A stretch of 63,935 nt of DNA, filler included, from Octopus bimaculoides (lineage: Eukaryota): the NCBI RefSeq assembly GCF_001194135.2. It is 10 parts of 10 records of this genome, joined end to end, with 100 filler letters (N's around TTAATTAATTAA, not from the genome) between each part and the next. Parts side by side here need not be neighbours in the genome. Positions count along the whole stretch, not along the records: positions 52,717 to 59,282 come from NC_068990.1; positions 59,383 to 61,655 come from NW_026359742.1; positions 61,756 to 62,777 come from NC_068988.1; positions 62,878 to 63,935 come from NC_068987.1; 6 more parts are not named here. One strand, given 5' to 3'. A model generated the notes under the pieces. The model had not been told where the DNA came from, made no database searches, and worked only from the letters and a program-made list of their open reading frames with translations. Position numbers and translations under genes: made by a program. Shown here piece by piece: positions 52,716-63,935 of the stretch. Numbering within the stretch: position 1 is the first letter of the stretch; every line of letters starts with the position of its first letter.

Positions 52716-52896
52716 NTGCCGTGTGCTCGAACTCTGCAAGAAGTTAATAATTTTTTTTGACTAAAACACAACTGGAACCCTAAGTAAGGCATGTGTAAAA
52801 TTTGAATGAAATTGGTTGCGTAGTTCTCGAGTTTTAGGGATTCACACAGACAGACAGACAGACAGACAGACACATTCTCATTTTTATATATATAGA
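52716..52896 (-). mobile_element. Non-autonomous Helitron-like repeat, 5' part
   Basis: Minus strand starts TCTATATATATAAAAATGAGAATGTG followed by (TCTG)n, a layout typical of non-autonomous helitron-derived repeats; truncated by a gap. Confidence 0.5.
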
Positions 52897-52913
52897 TATA
52901 TATATATATATAT

Positions 52914-52949
<36 letters not shown>

Positions 52950-53597
52950 CACTCTCCCATCAAAGACAACATATGAGTATTCAGCTTTTGCCAAACAATC
53001 TGATTTGTTTATAGTGATCAAATGTTCATGCCATATGTTAGCTCAATCTCTCCATCATTTATGTATGAGAAACGATATGGCTGATGATTGTGAACTTGTT
53101 TCAATCAACTCTATTTCTCTCATACAAAACTTAAATTTTACACATAAGGTCTGAGTATTATCCAATTGATTACTCCATTATTGATGTATTTTAAATGCAC
53201 TAATTTTTTTCATATGACAGAAGGGTGTGATTGATTTGAAGGAAATTTAGCTGCTCTCCCAAGTGACAGAATAATTCATTAGCTAACATACCTTTCAATC
53301 ACAAACCACTTTATAGATTAAGAAATAAGTGCAAGTAAAATTATGTTTACACCAAGATAAATCTGAACCCTAGTTCTAATTTTTATGCTTGTTAAAAACT
53401 TGCTGTCAATCCCTATGTGTGTGTGTGCCCAGCTAAATGCCTGGAAAAGAATAATCGCTGCCAGAGCTTGATTTTCCTTTGATGCACTCCTTTGAAAAAT
53501 CAATTGATTCTGAAAATAAGAGTTTTATCTAAATTATATCATGTTTTTGCCTGAAAGACATTATCATTACTATTTTCTTTTTCTTTGTTCGTTTCAG

Positions 53598-53867
53598 CTC
53601 CATCTAAAGTGCAAAGTGTTATTATCAATACAACTGAAACTATGGTTTATATGGACTGGCAAGAGCCCAAACATCCTTATGGAAAAATACAGTATTATTT
53701 GATCCGTCTCTACCATAATAATTCACTTATTATATCAGGAAATAACACTGAAAAGAACTTTATGTTTGAAAATCTTGAACCATATCAAAATTATAGCGTC
53801 AGTATCGTTGCCGTGAATTCCATGTCCGGTGATAAATACACTCAAAATTTCAGGACAAAGATTGGTG
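53598..53867 (+). CDS. Fibronectin type III domain exon (PSKVQSVIINTTETMVYMDWQEPKHPYGKIQYYLI...NLEPYQNYSVSIVAVN...RTKIG)
   Basis: Long pyrimidine acceptor to cAG at 53597, donor GTAAAT; 270 nt, phase 1-1; FN3 signature W...Y...LxPxxxY. Confidence 0.92.
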
Positions 53868-54568
53868 GTAAATTGTTCTATTTTAATAATTCTTTTTATA
53901 TTTGTAAATGTAATTTGTAAGAGTGATTTGCTGTACTTCATGAGATGCATCAAGCTAAGTAAAATCGCTGCCTCTCACACATATAAGCTTGTTTTTTCAG
54001 ATGTCAGTGCCGCATAAAAAGCACCTGTGCCAATACTGCATAAAAACATGCATGCCAGTGACACATAAAAAGCACCAAGCACGCTCTTTTAAGAGATTAG
54101 CATAAGGGCATCCAGCAGTAGAAGCCACACCACAACAGACAATTAGAGTCTGGACAGCTCTCTACTAACCAGCTCAATGTCAAACTGTCCGACCCATGTC
54201 AACATGGAAAACAGACATTAAACAATGATGATGATGATGAAATGCAAACTCATTCATGTTGTGTCCTTTCTGCCTGAAGGGAATTTCAAATTTGATATAT
54301 TTCAAATAGTTTCACATAGCAGGTTCAGAAGATAGGCAAATAAAATGTTCTCCGGTATTACATTATTTACATTTACATTATAACTTCAGATCCTCCAAAT
54401 TGAATTTAGTATTTCATCTAGTACTGATTCAGGTATCAGTGTATGATTAAGAAGTTTGCTTCCCACTGCATGTCATCTTCAGCAAGTGTCTTCTACTATG
54501 GTCCCAGGATGACCAAAGCCTTGTAAGTGTATTTTATCAGATAGGAACTAAAAGAAGTCCATTGTATG

Positions 54569-54608
<40 letters not shown>

Positions 54609-54611
<3 letters not shown>

Positions 54612-54970
54612 AATTAATCAAAGGACATACTAAGTATGTCTACCTGCTTGAAATAACAGCCAAAACCCATAATTAAATCGCCAAAAAGTACACTGGTAAT
54701 TTACTACAAAAATCAAATGAAGGCAAAAATGGTTAAGTCAATCAACTTACATACATGTGGATTTACATGGATTAGTTTCTGCATTGACATTAATATGTCT
54801 TAGCTTCATCAGCACGTATCACCATGTATGTAAGTTGATTGACTTAACCATTTTTGCCTTCATTTGGTTTCTGTAGTAATTACCAGTGTACTTTTTGGTG
54901 ATTTAATAATGGGTTTTGGCTGTTATTTCAAGCAGGTAGACATACTTAGCATGTCCTTTGATTAATTATA
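54609..54970. mobile_element. 362-bp near-perfect hairpin (MITE-like), 149-bp arms, TA ends
   Basis: Arms 54609-54757 and 54823-54970 are reverse complements with about six differences. Confidence 0.9.
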
Positions 54971-55119
54971 ATCTTTCAGCTTTTTAAATGCTATTTTTGG
55001 CCTGCAGTCACCTGTATTGTTGATTCTGTTATTATCATTCTTAAATTAGTGACATTGGATAATAATAGAATTAACGGTACCTTTTGTAAATTGATTTTAT
55101 ATATATATAGAACTATATG

Positions 55120-55150
<31 letters not shown>

Positions 55151-55151
55151 C

Positions 55152-55216
<65 letters not shown>

Positions 55217-55469
55217 CTAATTTACAGAAAACAAAAGACAAAGACAGGTGTATGAACAACAAGCATGTGTATTAGTTTAACACTCAGGAAGAATGGGATA
55301 GTCCTCGATGTTCTGAGCCTACTCTCTTCAGCAGAAAGGATTAAGAGGGAACAAAAAAAATGGAGAGAGAAAAAAATGTGTAGGGATTAACGGTTCAAAA
55401 TGATGATATGGCTAGAGAAGCTTCTTTATATATATATATATATATATATATATCATCATCATCATCATC

Positions 55470-55942
55470 ATCGTCGTTTAACGTCTGCTTTCCATGCTAG
55501 CATGGGTTGGACGATTTGACTGAGGACTGGTGGACCAGGAGGCGACACCAGGCTCCAATCTGATTTGGCAGAGTTTCTACAGCTGGATGCACTTCCTAAT
55601 GCCAACCACTCCGAGAGAGTGTAGTGGGTGCTTTTATGTGCCACCGGCACAAGGGCCAGTCAGGCAGGTACTGGCAACGGCCACACTCGAAATGGTGTAT
55701 TTTACATGCCACCTGCACAAGTGCCAGTCCAGGGGCACTGGCAACGATCTCACTCAGATGTCTTACTGGCAAAGGCCACGCTCAAAATGGTGTATTACGT
55801 GTCACCTTAACAGGAGCCAGTCCATCGGCACTGGCAACGATCTCACTCGAATGTCTTTTCACGTGCCACTGGGACAAGTGCTAGGAAGGCAACGTTGGTA
55901 ACGATCCACGGCCATGCTCAAAATGGTGTTTTTTACGTGTCA

Positions 55943-55945
<3 letters not shown>
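55470..55945 (+). mobile_element. SINE-like family D, long copy with internal subrepeats
   Basis: Starts after (CAT)n: cgtttaacgtctgctttccatgctagcatggg; repeated actggcaacg / gctcaaaatggtg modules. Confidence 0.8.
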
Positions 55946-55980
<35 letters not shown>

Positions 55981-57322
55981 GGAAGGAAGGAAGGAAGGAA
56001 ATATGAATGTGTAGTGTGTGTTTGTATCTCCATGCCTTGACATAATGTGATAGTTGAAATAAATTTCACTGCCATACAAGAAATGCTATTTGTTACTAAT
56101 CTTCTGTGACAATATCTCTGGCCATAGAGATATATTTCATTACTTAAAAATGAGCAGAATTAACAACAGGAGGAATATTGGCCTACAGAAAAATTGCCTC
56201 AGAAAATTCCATCCAAACCATGCAAGCATGGAAAAGGGAATTTTGAGACAAGAAAGATGATGTTTCATCAACTTGTGGAGCTAGTCATTTAGAATAGATC
56301 TGCAAATCAAAATGCATGATGTTGTGCCAATGTTAGAAATCAATAGTTACTAAATCTGTTTGAGAATTGTTCCTTGCTCCTGACTCAACAACCTACCCTA
56401 ATTTCTTATATGGTGTGGTGGTGGTAGGAGGAAGTGGGGCTCTTAACTTTACTGAAATATTTCTGATTTAGAAAAGGGAAATGTTACTGTTTGAATGTAT
56501 TAAAATTGATAAAACTTTTTAAAAAATAACAAATTTATTTCAATTATACAAATGAGAAATTTATTTTATTTTATTTCCCTTTAAGGTAATAAATATTTTT
56601 CTTCTGAAAATTAGTATTGTATATAGACTACATTACCCATGGTGGTAATATATGCTCCCAAAGTTATTCATCATATGGTGAGTAAGGCTCTAGTTGGATA
56701 AGATCCAGTTGATTTTGGATACGGTTAATACTTGCCCAATGCATCTTTTGGTTGTTTGATTAGCATATTTTATTTATAAACAGTTATGATATGTTTAACC
56801 CTTTGGCATTCAGATTACTTCATCAAATGTAATGCTTATTTATTCATATTGTTTTGAATTAAACATACATTAATATTGTGGCTTTGAGATTTCAGTGATG
56901 TGATTATTTATTTTTAAAATGATATTGTAGAGTAGGTGTGAGAGTCCAAATCTAGTCAGCTTGCATGTAAAACAGGTAGAATATGTTGGGCCGGATATGG
57001 CCACTTTAAATGCTAATGGACCAATAAGAGAACAAAGAGCTTTTGCCTTGCCAGATAACTTTTTTGACAGTATATGATATTGCATCTGTATGATCTATGT
57101 GTGTGTATACTTACACTTATTAGTGCATGTGTGTGTGTGTGTAGTATATGCACCAAGATATTAAGCTATAATGCAAGTATTTTATGCTCATTCATTTCAG
57201 GTTGATAACGTATTATCACCATGCTTCTGTTCATTTCTTATTGAAATATTTTTAATACTTTATGTAAAGATTCTTCTTTAAATTATCACTACATGCTTGG
57301 TTTATTTTCCCCTCCTTCACAG

Positions 57323-57598
57323 TACCAGACTCTGTAAACATCACTATTGTCAATACTACTACTAAATCAATAACTATAAAGTGGAAATCCCAGCACCTCA
57401 ATGGACCACTCAGAAAATATGTTGTCTGCTGGAAAAGTGTTAAAGAAAGTACACCATGGTCTATGAATGCAACTGTGAACACAACTTATACAATAACCGA
57501 TCTTGAACCCTACAGATCTTATAAGATCAAAGTAAAAATCTATAATACCGAATATTGGACAGAGAGTAAGATAGTTCGTGAAAGAACAGAGATTGGAG
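57323..57598 (+). CDS. Second FN3 exon (PDSVNITIVNTTTKSITIKWKSQHLNGPLRKYVVCW...DLEPYRSYKIKVKIYN...RTEIG)
   Basis: Acceptor ttttcccctccttcacAG, donor GTTTGT; 276 nt, phase 1-1, open frame; missed by the ORF track. Confidence 0.92.
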
Positions 57599-58849
57599 GT
57601 TTGTAAATATATTTATAATTACTAGCAGAACCTGTGAATATTTCATGTGACTAATGGTAAACCTAGAGGGTTATTTCTGACAATTTTATATAAAAAATCT
57701 GAAGGTGTAGCCTGTGTATGGAACAATACTCATTCATCTGCTAATCATTGAAAAGTGAAAGAAATTGGAATACAATGATTACTTAATGCTCTTTATACAT
57801 ACATTTTATATACTTTATGCATAATTTTATAGACTTCATACACAATGCTTGGGAATTAAATATTTGCTCTTCTTTTATATTTTCCCTGTAAAAAAAAAAT
57901 CACCACACATATGATACAACCTTCAGTTAAATTGCATGTACGTAGCACATAAACAAGCACGAATATTTTGTGGATGTGCACTTATACACATGCATTAAGT
58001 GATGGGTGATGTAAAAAAAAACTTAGATCAGTTCAAAAAAATACACTTTTCACTATCTACTCACAACTGCCACCCCACCCTCACCATCTTCACCAGCACC
58101 TCACCACCACCACCACCACTACCATCATTTCTCTCTCTACCCCCATCTCTCTCTCTCTCTCTTTTTCTCTCTTCTCTCCACTGCATTTCTTTAACTTCAC
58201 CATCAGAACATTGTCTCTCTGCTAAAATTATATTTCTAGCCCACCTTCTCTCTATCACTAATGTCAACTAACTTTTTTAAACACGTAATAAATTCTACTT
58301 TCCACCTACCTCAGGTCATGGTTGCTTCTCTCTCCCACATTTCTCACTCTCTCTTTTTCTCTCTCCCTCTTTTTCTTTCCCCCTCTTTCTGTCTCAATCT
58401 TTGCCTTATCTTCTGTTCCTCCTTTTTCTTTCTCCCTCTTCTTCTCTCTTTACCATCAACTAATTACATGAAAGCTTTACAATTATGTTCCCTCTGCCTC
58501 ACATCATGGATGCTTCTAATTACCTCTTTTACTCTTGCTCTTCGCCTTTCCCTTCTGCTAATCATGTGAAAGTGTTATGGACAGACTACGTAATGTACGA
58601 GTAGGAAGAAATATCATAAGATTCAACTGTTCAAAAATTTAATCAATTGCTGAGTAAGCTCGTATTAGTCAAAGAGTAACTTTGCTAACAATTTGACACT
58701 GGCCACAGAGCAATGAAAAGAAAGTGAAACTCGATAGGTGGTGGTGGTGGATAGCAGGTTGAGAAGATAGGCAAAGTACTGAAACACTTTTATAGATCGT
58801 TCTTTAGATTTTCACTACTTGTCTGGTTTTATCTTTTCCTCCTTCACAG

Positions 58850-58959
58850 TACCAGACCCTGTAAACATCAGGATTGTCAATATTACTAGTAAATCAATAA
58901 CCATCAAGTGGAAATCCTTGCACCCCTATGGACCAATCAAAAACTATTCTGTCAGCTGG
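58850..58959 (+). pseudogene. Third FN3 exon copy, interrupted after ...KNYSVSW by a family D repeat
   Basis: PDPVNIRIVNITSKSITIKWKSLHPYGPIKNYSVSW is paralogous to 57323; the acceptor region is also duplicated; similarity stops at about 58960. Confidence 0.8.
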
Positions 58960-59282
58960 CAGGCGGCACTGGCAACGGTCACGCTCAAAATGGTGCATCT
59001 TATGTGCCACCCGCACAAGAACCAGTCCAGGGGCACTGGCAACGATCTCACTTGGCTTGCCGGGTCTTCTCACGCACAGCACATATATATCGTCATCGTC
59101 GTTTAACGTCCGCTTTCCATGCTAGCATGGGTTGGACTGAGGACTGGTGAAACCAGATGGCTACACCAGGCTCCAATCTGATTTGGTAGTGTTTCCACAG
59201 CTGGATGCCCTTCCTAACGCCAACCACTCAGAGAGTGTAGTGGGTGCTTTTACGTGTCACCCGCACGAAGGCCAGTCAGGCG
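58960..59282 (+). mobile_element. SINE-like family D sequence (subrepeat module plus a second copy from about 59090)
   Basis: Matches 55470-55945; runs into a gap. Confidence 0.8.
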
Positions 59283-59384
59283 NNNNNNNNNNNNNNNNNN
59301 NNNNNNNNNNNNNNNNNNNNNNNNNNTTAATTAATTAANNNNNNNNNNNNNNNNNNNNNNNNNNNNNNNNNNNNNNNNNNNNAG

Positions 59385-59471
<87 letters not shown>

Positions 59472-59979
59472 GTCGAAGTTATCAACACCTGAGCGGTTTC
59501 ACTCATTAGATATGGAGCCGGGGTAATCGCGTGGACAGTAGACGAACTAAACAGCTTAAACAGAAAGACAAGGAAGTTGCTAATTAGATATGGGTCACTC
59601 CACTCACAAAGTGACACAGACAGACTGTGTGGACCAAGAAAAAGAGGGGGAAGCGGACTGATTGGATGCGAACACAGCATTAGAGCAGAAGAAGGCAACA
59701 TAGCATGGTATGTAAAAAAAATGCCACAGAACCGTTATTATTAGAAGTAAGAAGGTCAGGCTTGTGGAGGATGAAAGATTGCAAAGATAAAGCACTATAC
59801 AAGAAATTGAAAACGAATGAAACTGAAAATAGGTGGGTAAAGAAAAGAAAGCATGGTCAATTTCATAGGGATGTTGGAGATAATATGACAGATAGAGAAA
59901 AAAGATGGCTGAGGATGACTAAAAGTGATTTAAAACTGGAAACGGAGGCTCTAATCTGTGCTGCCCAAGAGCCTATATA
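59472..59979 (+). mobile_element. Second R4/Dong-clade retrotransposon fragment, 5'-truncated against (TAA)n
   Basis: VINT*AVSLIRYGAGVIAWTVDELNSLNRKTRKLL...SDTDRL..PRKRGGSGL...HGQF...LKLETEALICAAQE: about 168 codons with one stop; ends at a gap. Confidence 0.9.
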
Positions 59980-60588
59980 NNNNNNNNNNNNNNNNNNNNN
60001 NNNNNNNNNNNNNNNNNNNNNNNNNNNNNNNNNNNNNNNNNNNNNNNNNNNNNNNNNNNNNNNNNNNNNNNNNNNNNNNNNNNNNNNNNNNNNNNNNNNN
60101 NNNNNNNNNNNNNNNNNNNNNNNNNNNNNNNNNNNNNNNNNNNNNNNNNNNNNNNNNNNNNNNNNNNNNNNNNNNNNNNNNNNNNNNNNNNNNNNNNNNN
60201 NNNNNNNNNNNNNNNNNNNNNNNNNNNNNNNNNNNNNNNNNNNNNNNNNNNNNNNNNNNNNNNNNNNNNNNNNNNNNNNNNNNNNNNNNNNNNNNNNNNN
60301 NNNNNNNNNNNNNNNNNNNNNNNNNNNNNNNNNNNNNNNNNNNNNNNNNNNNNNNNNNNNNNNNNNNNNNNNNNNNNNNNNNNNNNNNNNNNNNNNNNNN
60401 NNNNNNNNNNNNNNNNNNNNNNNNNNNNNNNNNNNNNNNNNNNNNNNNNNNNNNNNNNNNNNNNNNNNNNNNNNNNNNNNNNNNNNNNNNNNNNNNNNNN
60501 NNNNNNNNNNNNNNNNNNNNNNNNNNNNNNNNNNNNNNNNNNNNNNNNNNNNNNNNNCAAACACACACACACACACACACACAAACAA

Positions 60589-60619
<31 letters not shown>

Positions 60620-60969
60620 TACACACACACACAAACAAACACACACAAACAAACACAAACACACACACATACACACACAAACCACAAACACACAAAAATG
60701 AATTCATACAAATGCATGCACTGAAGCACTAATCTAGTCCCACGTTCGCACACTGCCGCATGGTCACACACACACACACACACACGCGCATACACGTGCG
60801 CGCGCGCACATACACACGCACGCACGCACACACACACATATATATACTATACAATACTTGCATACATATATATGTGTGTGTGTAATTATATGTACATGCA
60901 CTCTATATACATACGTGCATATATGCCAATTCGTGCATTTTTTCTGTCATACACACAAACACACACACA

Positions 60970-61002
<33 letters not shown>

Positions 61003-61167
61003 AGATACACACACACACTCAGACACATACGCACACAACTGTTATACTCAATATCATGTACACACATGCCTTTAGGCACGCATACTCCCACGCAATCTCT
61101 CATCGACGTACATATATTCATATATAAGTCATACATACGTTCCTACATACATACATACATACATGCA

Positions 61168-61198
<31 letters not shown>

Positions 61199-61317
61199 CG
61201 CCTTCACACCCACCCACACATTCATGCATACGCATACACAGACAGGCATCAACGTTGCACTAGAAACACAGAAACTTACTCACACATTCACGCTTGCATG
61301 CACAAAGTTCACCTCCT

Positions 61318-61351
<34 letters not shown>

Positions 61352-61755
61352 GCACAGATCAGCTACGCAGATGGGAATAAGTGACAGCAAAAAAATGAAC
61401 AAAATAACAACAACAATAACGAAAAGCTTCAAAGAAAGGAAAAGGAAAAGGAACAAAACAAAAGAAAGAGAAAGAGAGAGAGAGGGAGAGAGAGAAATAT
61501 GCAGGGTGACCTATTTTTTGCACATGTTCAATTTAATAATAAAAGAAACGAGGACATTGTAAGAATATTACTGTACTAGCGTTAAGTTAGGACGACTAAG
61601 TTGCAACAAAACACACGTGTACATATTTCTTCGTTATAAGTTGAATGTGTGTATGNNNNNNNNNNNNNNNNNNNNNNNNNNNNNNNNNNNNNNNNNNNNT
61701 TAATTAATTAANNNNNNNNNNNNNNNNNNNNNNNNNNNNNNNNNNNNNNNNNNNN

Positions 61756-61798
<43 letters not shown>

Positions 61799-62712
61799 CA
61801 TACACACACAAGACACACTTACAAACGTACACGCACGCACACTTGCACTCACACTCACACTCACACACGCATATAAATATATACATGTGTATATATACAT
61901 GCATATACACATATAATTTGATATTTATATTTCACATAATTTTCTTGTTAACATCTTATACATGTCTAGCAGTAACATATATGTATAATACTTTATATAA
62001 TATTCGATCTAACGTCATATTAACACCCTTTCGCACAATCTTCTCCGATTCCCTTCTCACTTCCTGTTTCCGCTCTAACTAGAGATCTCCCTTTTCATCT
62101 ATGAACTGGTTTACGGAGCACATATATCTGTTCTCTTATCCGCTATTACCTTAAGGATATTATGCAGTTCTTATATTTATCTTCATTGTTTTTTTGCGCA
62201 GAACTTTGTCATAATCTACAGCAGTGTTTTGTCTTAACTTTCCTGAGGACTTTTACGTTTATTTTTTTTATTATAAACATTTCTTTAATGTCATTTTAAC
62301 ATAACTTGGTCTATGTTTCATTTCATTCTCTCTTAGTTGTGAAGTACAACTCTATATTCGTTTCCGCTCGTGGTGTTTAAGTTTTTTCCAGTGGGTCGGT
62401 CAAATACAACTATATGTTTCACCCGTTTTTAATCTAGTATACACTGTCTAATAGTGTTGACGACCTGCATGCATTCAGTTAGGCATGAGTCATCGTTAGT
62501 GTTATAAGCCTTAGCTTAGTGAGGCACTGATAGAAGCCTAAATTTCGTTCATTCATTTCCGTAACATTTGCCAGACGTGTTTAGCCGTTAAGCCCATGCA
62601 TTATCTTTATGATTGCGAAGGCATACAGAATTATTTTGCCATGAATCCCTTATACGTGTGTGTATACTTTCATAAAATCATCGATCATATAAATATATGC
62701 ATATGAATATAA

Positions 62713-62777
<65 letters not shown>

Positions 62778-62955
62778 NNNNNNNNNNNNNNNNNNNNNNN
62801 NNNNNNNNNNNNNNNNNNNNNTTAATTAATTAANNNNNNNNNNNNNNNNNNNNNNNNNNNNNNNNNNNNNNNNNNNNTATATATATATATATATAAATGT
62901 ATAAATTCCTCTATTTGCATAATATCGAGGTCTCTTTCTTTTGTTGCCATTCCTG

Positions 62956-62994
<39 letters not shown>

Positions 62995-63565
62995 TCCATG
63001 TATAAACTAATCTTCGAAAAGTAATAGTAACATTAGCATCATTAGATTTGGACATATTCTGAATCTGCGTGCAATATTGTATACAGCACCCGTTAAATAG
63101 TATATTCTGAATTGTAGGAGAACATATTTGATAACATCTGGTTACGGATGGCTGTTAAACACGCTAGTAATATTATCTAACACTGAGAAGGGATAACCAT
63201 ATATAAATATATCCATGTGTGTATGAGTATGCACGTGTGTACGTATGTGTTGATAACATTCAATATTCTGTTTTCTTATCGGATATATGACTGAACAGAT
63301 ATTTTTCGCATGCCAGCTACACTTATCTGTGCGTTCAATGTCCAAATACAACTCTTTTAGCTTAAGTGGAAAACTTCATAACATAAACAAAAAGGAAAAC
63401 AGATTTCGTTTACTAGAAACATCCATAAAACGGATAAAAAAAATCATAGGCTTGGCGCGAGGAATGACTATGAATATAATTTGTTCGAGATTTACGGATA
63501 ATAAACTGATTCATAATTTACAACAATCTAAAATTCCGAATATACGAATACCATGCTAACAAACA

Positions 63566-63658
<93 letters not shown>

Positions 63659-63804
63659 GTGTGTATGTGCGCGTGTAAGTGTGTGCGTGTGAGCGTGCGC
63701 GTGTGTACAATTAATAAATACTAATTGATAGATAAAGAGAGAGAGGAGAAATATGGAGATAGAGCTGAATTCACAGTGAGATAGAAAGACAGACAGACAG
63801 AGAG

Positions 63805-63806
63805 AC

Positions 63807-63877
<71 letters not shown>

Positions 63878-63888
63878 CAGACACACAC

Positions 63889-63935
<47 letters not shown>
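63805..63935. repeat. (AGAT)n microsatellite, representative of dozens of (TA)n, (CA)n, (TACA)n, (AAT)n and (CAT)n arrays across the window
   Basis: Directly visible. Confidence 0.95.

Overview
AT-rich, microsatellite-saturated, gappy eukaryotic genomic DNA. It is most likely octopus/coleoid cephalopod, an inference from the recurring tRNA-headed SINE families and repeat style. No prokaryotic features (CRISPR, operons, rRNA) were seen. Nine identical 100-nt spacers (44 N + TTAATTAATTAA + 44 N) cut the window into about ten assembly segments, so gene order across them is untrustworthy. Almost all ORFs in the supplied track are microsatellite or N artefacts. Real coding signal is exonic. (1) Minus-strand exons of a divergent inositol-1,4,5-trisphosphate-receptor-like channel at 542-695 and 2042-2158, probably also 11040-11078 and possibly 13822-13893. 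(2) One minus-strand protein-tyrosine-phosphatase domain exon at 26350-26463. (3) Plus-strand phase 1-1 fibronectin type III exons at 53598-53867 and 57323-57598, with a third, duplicated copy broken by a repeat at 58850-58959. (4) Unidentified spliced candidates at 20.5-20.9 kb, 30.5-32.3 kb, 19.8 kb and 48.4 kb. Mobile elements include many SINE copies, mariner/Tc1, Penelope (GIY-YIG), RTE, CR1 and two R4/Dong-clade LINE remnants, plus several hairpin MITEs, one built around inverted telomeric repeats. I found no evidence for a wholly new biological system. The best leads are the divergent IP3R, FN3 exon duplication and decay, a TAA-abutting Dong element, the telomere-repeat MITE, long intronic hairpins, a possible recursive splice site and orphan exon clusters. 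All alignments and coordinates were done by eye; no database searches were run.
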